64,000 nucleotides of DNA, from NCBI RefSeq assembly GCF_044704955.1, contig NC_091984.1:144026001-144090000 (forward strand), written 5' to 3'. The first letter of the stretch is position 1; every line of letters begins with the position of its first letter. Source of the DNA: Pristiophorus japonicus. Lineage: Eukaryota. The position numbers and the translations under genes are program-made. The notes below the pieces were generated by a model. It did not search any database and was not told where the DNA came from. It worked only from the letters and a program-made list of their open reading frames with translations. This document shows, in pieces, positions 48,016-58,528 of the stretch.

Positions 48016-49333
48016 TGCAGCATTGATTCATGAAGGGGAAATCATGTTTGACTAACTTACTGGAATTCTTTGAGGATATAACGAGCATGGTGGATAGAGG
48101 TGTACCGATGGATGTGGTGTATTTAGATTTCCAAAAGGCATTCGATAAGGTGCTACACAAAAGGTTACTGCAGAAGATAAAGGTACGCGGAGTCAGTGGA
48201 AATGTATTGGCATGGATAGAGAATTGGCTGGCTAACAGAAAGCAGAGAGTCGGGATAAATGGGTCCTTTTCCGGTTGGAAATCAGTGATTAGTGGTGTGC
48301 CACAGGGATCAGTGCTGGGACCATAATTGTTTACAATATACATAGATGACCTGGAAGAGGGGACAGAGTGTAGTGCAACAAAATTTTCAGATGACACTAA
48401 GATTAGTGGGAAAGCGGGTTGTGTAGAGGACTCAGAGAAGCTGCAAGGAGATTTGGATAGGTTAAGCGAATGGGCTAAGGTTTGGCAGATGGAATACAAT
48501 GTCAGAAAGTGTGAGGTCATCCACCTTGGGGAAAAAACAGTAAAAGGGAATATTATTTGAATGGGGAGAAATTACAACATGCTGCGGTGCAGAGGGACCT
48601 GGGGGTCCTTGTGCATGAAACTCTTTTAGTTCCAAAAGGTTAGTTTGCAGGTGCAGCAGGTAATCAGGAAGGCGAATGGAATGTTGGCCTTCATTGCGAG
48701 AGGGATGGAGTACAAAAGCAGGGAGGTCTTGCTGCAACTGTATAAGGTATTGGTAAGGCTGCACCTGGAGTACTGCGTGCAGTTTTGGTCACCTTACTTG
48801 AGGAAGGATATACTAGCTTTGGAAGGGGTACAGAGACGATTCACTAGGCTGATTCCAGAAATGAGGGGGTTACCTTATGATGATAGATTGAGTAGACTGG
48901 GTCTTTACTCGTTGGAGTTCAGAAGGATGAGGGGGGCTCTTACAGAAACATTTAAAATCATGAAAGGGATAGACAAGATCGAGGCAGAGAGGTTGTTTCC
49001 ATTGGTAGGGGAGACTAGAACTAGGGGGCACAGCCACAAAATACGGAGGAGCCAATTTAAAACCGAGTTGAGAAAGAATTTCTTCTCCCAGAGGGTTGTG
49101 AATCTGTGGAATTCTCTGCCCAAGGAAGCAGTTGAGGTTAGCTCATTGAATGTTTTCAAGTCAAAGATAGATAGATTTTTAACCAATAAGGGAATTAAGG
49201 GTTACGGGGAGAGGGCGGGTAAGTGGAGCTGAGTCCACGACCAGATCAGCCATGATCTTATTGAATGGCGGGGCAGGCTCGAGGGGCTAGATGGCCTACT
49301 CATGTTCCTAATTCTTATGTTCTTATGTTCTTA
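48016..49333 (+). mobile_element. 5'-truncated CR1 in the J-C intron
   Basis: KGKSCLTNLLEFF, FSDDTK and LEYCVQFWSP; (TTCTTATG)n tail. Confidence 0.92.
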
Positions 49334-50356
49334 AGGGTGGAAGTGGGAGGTGGGTTTGTGTGTGGGTGGAATGTTTCAACCTCTTATCTTCCCCTTCCCT
49401 GTTGCGAGAATTTTTCGTGTTGTTGAGTGAGATTGTGCCATTACTGCTATTTACGACCTCTTCCTATGCCCTCTATCTTTGTGTTTACTATTGTAAATAA
49501 ACAACATTAGCCATTTTGTACTCTTAGCCACTGTGTCTGGTGCCTCATTACTCACCCATCCTCATAAATCGCACATACAGAACCTCAGGGGAGTGGGGAT
49601 TCGAACCCACACCCCAAGCTCCCTTTACACCTGCATTTATATAGCGCCTTTGACACCTGAGGATGTCCCAAAGTGCTTCACAGCCAATGAAGTACATTTT
49701 TGAAGTGCAGTCACTGTTGTAATGTGGGAAACACGGCAACCAATTTGTGCACAGCAAGCTCCCACAAACAGCAATGTGGTAATTGAGATTTTTAAGTGAT
49801 GTAGGTCGAGGGATAAATATCGGCCTGAACTCGGGCCACAGAAACAGCAACTGAGAGTCTCCCCACAACCCTGGAGCACTGCAGCTGCCGGATTGCGAGC
49901 CCTGCTGCCCCTGTTTGTGATCAGAAGTTGGACAGGAGGTGAGCGGGGGCTGGACAGATCAGAGTTGGAGCTGGGGGAGGCGGGACCTCGGGAGTGTCAG
50001 TGTGCTGAGGCTGAGCTCAGTTATATCAGAGACTGTGACAGGAGCACAGACTGCCCCCAGCGAGCTCACTCACTCACACACACACTCTGCCCGTGTCTCA
50101 CACACCGTGTCTGTCACACTGAGACAAGCAGGAGGCTCGGGACCGATTTCCGGGGATGGTGCAGGGATGGGACCGCAGTGTGCCAACGTCCAGATCTCCT
50201 CCACATGGTGGGTAACAGTTCGTTACTTATACTTTGCTGGGTGAAGGGGGAGTGTGGGTAAAGGAATGCAGCCGGGCTCCCTGTCATACACAGCACTCTT
50301 CAATTAACCCTTTCATTCACCGCAGCTCCCCACCATATTATATAACCCATACACAG

Positions 50357-50770
50357 GCACAGGAGAGGGTGCAGAGAAGGTTTACAAGGATGGGACCAGA
50401 AATGCGAGGGTGTACATATCAGGAAAGGATGAACAGGCTGGGGCTCTTTTCTCTTGAGGCTGAGGGGGTGACCTGATAGAGGTCTTTAACATTAGGAAAG
50501 GTTTTGATAGAGTGGATACAGAGAGAGTGTTTCCACTTGTGGGGAAGAGCAGAACTAGAGGCCATCAATATAAGATAGTCAGCAAGAAATCCAATCGGGA
50601 ATTCAGGAGAAAATTCTTTACCCAGCAAGTGGTGAGAATGTGGAACTGGCTACCACTGGGAGTGATTGAAGTGAATAGTATCGATGTATTTAAGGGGAGG
50701 CTAGACAGGGATATGAGGGAGAAGGGAATAGAGGGTTATGCTGATAGATTTAGATGAGGAAAGACGGGAG
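50357..50770 (+). mobile_element. CR1 3' fragment close to the J splice donor
   Basis: ERVQRRFTRM...FFTQQVVRMWNWLP. Confidence 0.8.
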
Positions 50771-50878
50771 GATCGAGTGTAATCATACGTAAACTAACAC
50801 CTTCGCATATTCAGCATTTATGTCTTAAAAAGATTCAGTATTTAAAGTGTTAATAACGGAGGATTGGGGTTTACTTAC

Positions 50879-50913
50879 TCAGTCTGAGCTTGGTTCCTTT
50901 ACCGAACGTGAGC
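50879..50913 (-). CDS. IGKJ: Ig light-chain J segment (LTFGKGTKLRL)
   Basis: FGXG motif. Donor A|GTAAGT (phase 1) matches the C exon, creating an AGC (Ser) codon. Confidence 0.96.
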
Positions 50914-50952
50914 CACAGTGACAGCTTCCAGTGCAGTGGCTGTACAATATCC
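50914..50952 (+). promoter_or_regulatory. J recombination signal sequence, 23-bp spacer
   Basis: CACAGTG (50914-50920), 23 nt, then ACAATATCC (50944-50952; two mismatches to ACAAAAACC). Confidence 0.93.
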
Positions 50953-51231
50953 TCCGTCCCTGGCTCACTCAGTCTCTCTCCCCCTCTCTCTGTCTGTGTG
51001 TGTGTCTGTGTCTTTCTCAGCGTCTCACTCTCCCTTATTTTTTCTCTCTCTTTCTCACTCTCTCTCTCACACATTCTGTTTCTCTCTGACTACCTCTCAC
51101 TCTTTCCCCCTCTCCCACTCCCCCTTCACCTCCCTCCCTCACTCACTTCTCCTCCATCTCCCTCACTCCATCCCTCACTCACTCACTCTCTCTCTTTCCC
51201 TGTCCCTCACTCTCTCCCTCCCTCTCTCTCT

Positions 51232-51930
51232 ATGTCTGAGTTGCCTGTGGCAGTGCCCGGGAGAGTTGGGGATCCGACGTGTTTGGGACAAATCTCCCAG
51301 CTGCCCTTCCCGCCCCATCAGATGGTAACCCTGGGGCCACGGAATTGCTGGAGAATGAAAGTCCCTGTCACACAGGGCTCACCTCTTTGTGCCCCTCGAA
51401 CAACGGGCTCCGTCTACAAGTGAGATGTTTGTGTTGCTGACACAGGCCTTCCTCGGGGATAATTATAAAATAACGAGTTTTAGGGGTTTTAGAAACCTGT
51501 TTCCTCAGTCCGTGAATCGTGTGTACGTGGAGTGTGAGAGGATGCAGCCCCTCTTCCACTATTTGAAGGGACTGCTCCTCGATTTCTGGCTCCACTTCAG
51601 TCCCACATTCCTGGGCCTGGCCACCCGGTGCAGGGAGAGTGGGCAGGTCGGAGGGCCTTCCCGTGGGCCTGCTCCTGGGCCTGGTCACCCAGTGCGGGGG
51701 GAATGGGCAGGTCGGGGGGCCTCCCCGTGGGCCTGCTCCTGGGTCTGACCAAGGTGGCCATGCACAGGTCCTAGTTGGATGGGGCCCATGGGGTGGCTGC
51801 ACTGCCTGCCTGTCTCCCTTCGGGAGCTTTGACCGTACCCCGGTGACCCTGGGGATGGAGCTCAAGGTAGGCCTGAGACCTTCTGCGATGGGTGGGCACC
51901 ACAGGGCCTGGAGTGTCGAGTGGGCAGGGA
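51232..51930 (+). mobile_element. Degenerate Tx1/L1-like LINE ORF2 C-terminal fragment in the V-J interval
   Basis: SVNRVYVECERMQPLFHYLKGLLLDFWLHFSPT and LPVGLLLGL resemble the C-terminus of Tx1-type ORF2. Confidence 0.55.
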
Positions 51931-52228
51931 AAGAGCACGACCATTTCACTTGTTCACTTTCCTTTCATGTTTATACTTTGGGTTTTATAAGTTGTGGCCC
52001 TCTCAATAGTGGGAGGTTTGTGAGATTATTTGGATTGAGGACACAGGGACCACCCAGTGTCTCCGTGCTGTCTGAATGTACAGAGTAGGGCTGTGAGATT
52101 GTCAGTGATGAAGACACAGCTCCAACTCCTCTCTGACCCACTCCATCCTTTCCCAATTCACTGCAGCTTCCAGCTGAATATTCCTGCCGTCACTCCCATC
52201 GAGCTGTGTGTCAGTCATGTGTAAAACC

Positions 52229-52372
52229 GTACAGGAGGTGGGGCTGTGTGTCCATTATTATATATTATATATAACTGTGGGGTGAGTCAGTACAGGAGGT
52301 GGGGCTGTGTGTCCATTATTATATATTATATATAACTGTGGGGTGAGTCAGTACAGGAGGTGGGGCTGTGTA
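52229..52372. repeat. 61-bp tandem duplication (about 2.3 copies) next to the V-RSS nonamer
   Basis: GTACAGGAGGTGGGGCTGTG... units start at 52229, 52290 and 52351. Confidence 0.9.
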
Positions 52373-52378
52373 TATTGA

Positions 52379-52406
52379 GGTTTTTGTACAGCTGTGTATC
52401 ACAGTG
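52379..52406 (-). promoter_or_regulatory. V recombination signal sequence, 12-bp spacer
   Basis: Minus strand CACTGTG, ATACACAGCTGT (12 nt), ACAAAAACC. A 12-RSS on V with a 23-RSS on J is the kappa configuration. Confidence 0.95.
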
Positions 52407-52705
52407 TAGAGGGTAGCTGTTATGTTGCTGACAGTAATAGTCTGCGACATCCTCGCTCTGCACGTTGCTGATGCTCAGGGTGAACATGTTGGACTTGTAA
52501 CTGCCGGTGAAGCGATCGGAGGTTCCAGTGAAACGAGATGTTGCCGAATAGATCAGCAGAGTGGGTTTCTGCCCGGCTTTCTGCTGGTACCAAGCAACAT
52601 AATTGCTAACGGATGCACTGGCGGTACAGGTGATGGTTGCAGTCTGTCCCTCACTCACTGACAGCACCGGGGGAGACTGGGTCATGATGATGTCCCCACT
52701 GATAC
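52407..52705 (-). CDS. IGKV: Ig kappa-type light-chain V exon
   Basis: Acceptor TTTCCCCCTCAG|GT. Encodes (G)[99 protein letters not shown] with no stops. Confidence 0.97.
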
Positions 52706-52892
52706 CTGAGGGGGAAATGGGGAAAGAAAGTGAAGTAAGCACTGTCACAGAAAGACGCTGTAAAATGAGAGATTGCTCGAGACACTGAGCTCTCCTCTCG
52801 TGTCAGCATTTGCCCTTCAATCACTGGTCAGTAGAGTTGGACAGAAATCGACAGCAGGGAGATATTAAACATGGAAGGAGAGAGATTGGTAC

Positions 52893-52941
52893 CTGCGATG
52901 CAGAATGCCAGAGGCCAGATCAGCTGGATGGGTGAAATCAT
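52893..52941 (-). CDS. IGKV: Ig light-chain leader exon (MISPIQLIWPLAFCIA-G)
   Basis: ATG at 52941; 49-nt hydrophobic exon; donor G|GTACCA (phase 1); 187-bp intron to the V exon. Confidence 0.92.
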
Positions 52942-53000
52942 GATGTCTGCTCCTGTCCCTGTGCCTGCTTACTGATAAACTGCCCTTCACTGGGCCCTGC

Positions 53001-53080
53001 TTTATAAACCTGCAGCCTGTGAGAGTCTCACTGCCCATCCCTCAGTATGTAAATGTCTTCACCCAGAGAAAGCCACGTCA
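53001..53080 (-). promoter_or_regulatory. Ig V promoter: TATA box, variant octamer and CRE-like site
   Basis: TTTATAAA at 53001-53008. ATTTACAT at 53054-53047 (one mismatch to ATTTGCAT). TGACGTGG at 53080-53073. Confidence 0.7.
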
Positions 53081-53899
53081 GCACATTTCACTTCCTCTTC
53101 TTCTCTCCCTCCCTCTTCACCTCCCTCTCCCTTCCTCTCTCTCTCCATCCCTCCCTCTCGCTCTCCATCCCTCCCTCTCTCTCTCCATCCCTCCCTCTTT
53201 CTCCCTCTCCCCCACAGACTCCCAGCTGCAGCACACTGAAATGCAGAGTAAACCTCCCTGTGCCCTACCCCACCAATGGATGTTAACCCTTGACCCCAGA
53301 GCATGCCTTCTCCTGGAGTAAGGCCCCATTCCCCACAGTGGCCATCCCTTGGCCTCTCTCAGTACACTGGCTGTTTATTGCCCAATTAAGGGGCGTTCTG
53401 TGCTGTGGGCCTATTCTCAGTGAGAACCGGTTTGGACAGAAAGTTAATTTCATGAAGGCCCAGCAGAGAGAGGACATCCTCACCCCATCAGTGTGAGCTG
53501 GAGCGACAGGACAGGGTCTGAGCCACTGCCCCATCCTGTCCGCTCAGAACATCTTCGAATCCCTTCCCCTCTCCTTCCCCTTCCATGGCCCCGCTCCAGG
53601 TCAGGTGTTTTTACTGGGATCAGGTCCGACGATCCCACATTTACAACAGGAAGGGTTCGCACTCCACGTCGACCATGGACTCCATGTCCCACTGGTCCTC
53701 CAATAGGGCTCAGGAAACATGGCTCCTTCCTATTGGTCCCCCAACAGGGACCAGGAAACATGGATCCTTCCTATTGGTCCTCCAATAGGGAATAGGAAAG
53801 ATGGCTCCTTTCTATTAGACATCCAATAGGGCACAGGAAACATGGCTCCTTCCTATTGGATATATACTTGAAAAGGAACAATTTGCTGGGTTATGGGGG

Positions 53900-55530
53900 C
53901 GAGGAACTTAACACAATCACAATCACTAAGGAGGTGGTACTCAGTAAGATAATGGAACTAAAGGCGAATAAATCCCCTGGATCTGATGGCTTGCATCCCA
54001 GGGTCTTATGAGAACACGCGGCAGTCTCAGTGGATGCATTGGTTGTAATTTACCAAAATTCCCTGTATTCTTGGGAGGTCCCAGCAGATTGTAAAACTGC
54101 AAATGTAACGCCCCTATTTACAAAAGGAGGCAGACAAAAAGCAGGAATCGATAGACCAATTAACCTAACATCTGTGGTTGGGAAAATGTCGGAGTCCATT
54201 ATTAAAGAAGCAGTAGCAGGACATTTGGATAAGCATAATTCAGTCAGGCAGAGTAAGCATGGAATTATGAAGGGGAAGTCATGTTTGATAAATTTGCAGA
54301 ATTCTTTAAGGATGCAATGAGCAGGGTGGATAAAGGGGAACCAGTGGATGTGGTGTATTTGGACCTCCAGAAGGCATTTGACAAAATGCCACGTAAGAGG
54401 TTACTGCACAAGATAAAAATTCACAGGGTTGGGGGTAATATGTTAGCAAGGATAGACGATTGGCTAACTAGCAGAAAACAGAGAGTCTGCAAAAATGGTT
54501 CATTTTCGGGTTGGGAATCAGTAACTAGTGGGGTGCCGCAGGGATCAGTGCGGGGACCCCAACTATTTACAATATATATTAACGACTTGGATGATGGAAC
54601 CGAATATAATGTAGCCACGTTTTCTGACGATACAAAGATGTGAGGAAAAGCAATATGTGAGGAGGACACAAAAAACCTGCAAAAGGACGTAGGCAGGCTA
54701 AGTGAGTGGGCAAAAATTTAGCCGATGGTGTATAATGTTGGAAAGTGTGAGATCATGCACTTTGGCAGAAAAAAACAATCAAAGAGCAAGTTATTATTTA
54801 AATGGAGAAAGATTGCAAAGTGCTGTGGTGCAGCGGGTACTTGTGCATGAAACACAAAATGTTAGTATGCAGATACAGTAAGTGATCAGGAAGGCCAATG
54901 GAATATTGGCCTTTATTGCAAAGGGGACGGAGTATAAAAGCAGGGAAGTCTTGCTACAGCTATACAGGGTATTGGTGTGGACACACTAATTTTGGATTCC
55001 ATATTTAAGAAAGGATATACTTGCTTTGGAGGCAGGTCAGAGAAGGTTCATTAGGTTGATTCAGGAGATGAGGCGGTTGATTTATGAGGAAAGCTTGAGT
55101 AGGTTGTGCATCTGCTCATTCGAATTCGGAAGAATGAGAGGTGATCTTATTGAAACGTATCAGATTTTGAGGGGGCTTGACAAAGTGGATGCAGAGAGGA
55201 TGTTTCCACTGAGGGGTAGAATTGAACTAGAGGGCACAGTCTTAGAATAAGTGGCCTCCCATTTAAAACAGATGATGAGGAATTTCTTCTCTCTGAGGGT
55301 TGTAAATCTGTGGAATTGGCTGCCTCAGAGATCTGTGGAAGCTGGGTCGTTGAATAAATTTAAGACAGAGATAGACAGTTTCTTAACCGACATGGGAATA
55401 AGGGGTTAAGGGGAGCGGGGAGGGATGTGGAGCTGAATCCATGATCGTATCGGCCATGATCGTATTAAATAGCGGAGCAGGCTCGAGGGGCCATGTGGCC
55501 TACTCCTGCTCCTATTTCTTATGTTCTTTA
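53900..55530 (+). mobile_element. Degenerate CR1 ORF2 fragment upstream of the V promoter
   Basis: [16 protein letters not shown] and FSDDTK motifs; CR1 3' UTR and tail. Confidence 0.88.
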
Positions 55531-55855
55531 ACTGGTGAGGAATGGGACTAATTGGGTAATTCTTTGAAAGAGCCGGCAAAGGCACGATGGGCCGAATGGC
55601 CTCCTTCTGTGCTTAAGATTCTAGGCTGTGAGCGCGGTTCACAGTTTTCTCCCGTGTCATTAACAAACGTACAGCTGTGACAACCTCCCTCTTTCACTTC
55701 CTCTGTGGGTGAAGTTTCATTCTTCCGATCTGACAGTCTCTTCAGTTATTTTTTGCACGGGGGATTTCTGCTGTGGTCTGAGTCTCTAATAATAACCGTC
55801 CAATCAGGCAGAATAACAGCAGCTCGGACCGGCCCTGACAGCGGATCCAGGCTCA

Positions 55856-56850
55856 GTGCTGACCCTGCAACATCCTCCTCACCAACATCTGGGGACTTGT
55901 GCCAAAAGTGGGAGAGCTGCCCCACAGACTAGTCAAGCACCAGCCTGACATAGCCCTACTCACAGAATCAGACCTTTCAGCCAATGTCCCAGACTCCTCC
56001 ATCACCCAAGGTGGCAGCTCAGTGGTATACAGTCGGGAGGGAGTGGCCCTGGGAATCCTCAACATTGACTCCGGACCCCATGAAGTCTCATGGCATCAGG
56101 TCAAACACGGGCAATGAAATCTCCTGCTGATTACCACCTCCCGCCCTCCCTCAGCTGATGAATCAGTACTCCTCCATGTTGAACACCACTTGGAAGAAAC
56201 ACTGAGAGTAGCAAGGGCACAGAATGTACTCTGGGTGGGGGACTTCACTGTCCATCACCAAGAGTGTCTCGGTAGCACCACTACTGACTGAGCTGGCCGA
56301 GAGGGGCGATGCTGACATTGCAATCCCAGGTACCGGAGGACTGGAGGACTGCAAACATGGTACCTTTGTTTAAAAATGGAGCAAGGGATAGATCGAGTCA
56401 CTACAGGTCAGTCAGCCTAACCTCGGGGGCGGGATTGGAGGAATCTTCATTTAACAAGACACGGATTAATCAAGGACAGTCAGCATGGATTTGTTCAGGG
56501 AAGGTCGTGTCTGAATAACTTGATTGAATTTTTTGTGGAGAGTCGATGAGAGCAGTGCGTATGATGCAGTGTATATAGATTTTAAAAAGGCTTTTGAGAA
56601 GGTCCCACATGGCAGACTGGTCACAAAAGTAATAGCCCATGGGATCCAGGTCAAAGTGACAAGTTGGATTCAAAATTGGTTCAGAGGCAGTTAGCAAAGG
56701 GTAATGGTTGATGGGTGTATTTCTTACTGGAAGCCTGTATCCAGTGTGGTTCCGCAGGGCTCAGTACTGGGTCCCTTGCTTTTTATTAAATGGCGGAGCA
56801 GGCTCGAGGGGCCAAATGACCTACTCCTGCTCCTATTTCTTATGTTCTTA
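55856..56850 (+). mobile_element. Mosaic of old LINE fragments (APE endonuclease piece plus CR1 RT and 3' pieces)
   Basis: SNIWGLVPKVGEL...HQPDIALLTES; YIDFKKAFEKVPH; CR1 3' UTR. Confidence 0.65.
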
Positions 56851-57269
56851 TAATAAATGCCGGCCTTGCCTGCAACGCCCACATTCCATGAATTAATAAA
56901 AATCCCATGGGCTGACAGTTCAGGAGAATAGGACACACTTTCCTCTTTCACCCTCAACCATCATCCCTGAAACAGATTATCAGCTCATTATCACATTGCT
57001 GTTTGTGGGAGCTTGCAGTGCACAAATGGGTTGCCACGTTTCCTACATTACAACAGTGACTACACTTCAAAAAGTACTTCATTGGCTGTAAAGTGCTTTG
57101 TCATCCTGAGGATGTGAAAGGCGCTATATAAATGCAAGTCTGTCTCTTTCTTTCTTTCACCCAACCGTAATTTCCAAGGTCAAGGGGGAGCGAGCTGAAC
57201 TCTCCCTGGTTTTATTTTTCTTCAAAATATCAAATAACTGGAATGATAAAAGGTCTTTTACCCAGTAGC

Positions 57270-58527
57270 TCATTTAATCCCCTCCCACACACCATGTACA
57301 CCCCACCCTATGATGGACTCTACCACCCATTTAATCCCCTCCCACACACCATGTACACCCCACCCTATCATGGATTCTACCACCCATTTAATCCCCTCCC
57401 ATACACCATGTACACCCCACCCTATCATGGACTCTACCACCCATTTAATCTCCTCCCACACACACCATGTACTCCCCACCCTATCATGGACCCTACCACC
57501 CATTTAATCCCCTCCCACACACCATGTACTCCCCACCCTATCATGGAGCCTACCACCCATTTAATCCCCTCCCACACACCATGTACTCCCCACCCTATCA
57601 TGGACCCTACCACCCATTTAATCTCCTCCCACACACACCATGTACTCCCCACCCTATCATGGACCCTACCACCCATTTAATCTCCTCCCACACATATATG
57701 TACACTCTCTCTCTTCTTAGGCAGACCCTCGGAGTTGAGGATGACTTGCTTTCACACTAACATGAGTTCTCAGGTGTTCGGCACCTTCCCGAATGTCTCC
57801 TCCACTTTGAGCAGTCTTGGGCCAGGGATTCCCAGGTGTCGGAGGGGATGTTGCACTTTTTCAAGGAGGCTTTGAGGGTTTCCTTGAAACATTTCCTCTG
57901 CCCACTTGGGGCTCGCTTGCCGTGTTGGAGCTCTGAGTACAGCGCTTGTTTTAGGAGTCTCATATCGGGCATGCGGACAATGTGGCCCACCCAACGGTGA
58001 TCGATTGTGGTCAATGCTTCGATGCTGGGGATGTTTGCCTGAGTGAGAACACTGACGTTGGTGCACCTATATTGCCAATGGATTTGCAGGATTTTGTGGA
58101 GACAGCATTGGTGGTACTTCTGCAGCGCTTTGAGATGTCTGCTGTATATAGTCCACATCTCTGAGCCATATATAAGGGCAGGTATGACTACTGCTCTGTA
58201 GGCCATGAGCTTGGTGCCCGGTTTGAGCTCCTGGTCTTCAAACACTCTCTTCCTCAGGCGATCAAAGACTGCACTGGCACACTGAAGACGATGTTGGACT
58301 TCGACTTTGATGTCTGCCCTTGTTGCCAGTAGATTCGCTAGGTATGGAATATGGTCCACTTTGTCCAAGGCCTTGTCGTGGATTTTAATAATCGAGGGAC
58401 AGTGCAGTGTGGCGGGGGCAGGTTGGTTGAGAAGCTTTGTCTATCATGGGATCTACCACCCATTTAATCCCCTTCCACACACCATGTACACTCCACCCTA
58501 TCATGGAATGTACCACCCATTTAATCA
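57270..58527. repeat. 57-bp satellite interrupted by an RTE fragment and by a full-length CR1
   Basis: CATTTAATCCCCTCCCACACACCATGTAC... units at 57270-57700 and 58440-58527, with a trace resuming at about 63198. Confidence 0.88.
57714..58420 (-). mobile_element. RTE-clade LINE 3' fragment
   Basis: KPGTKLMAYRAVVIPALIYGSEMW...RWVGHIVRMPD...LYSEL. Confidence 0.85.
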
Positions 58528-58528
58528 T

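Noticed and set aside
50890-51423. 177-aa hydrophobic ORF overlapping J
   Set aside because: Derived from a CT-rich microsatellite tract on the antisense strand.
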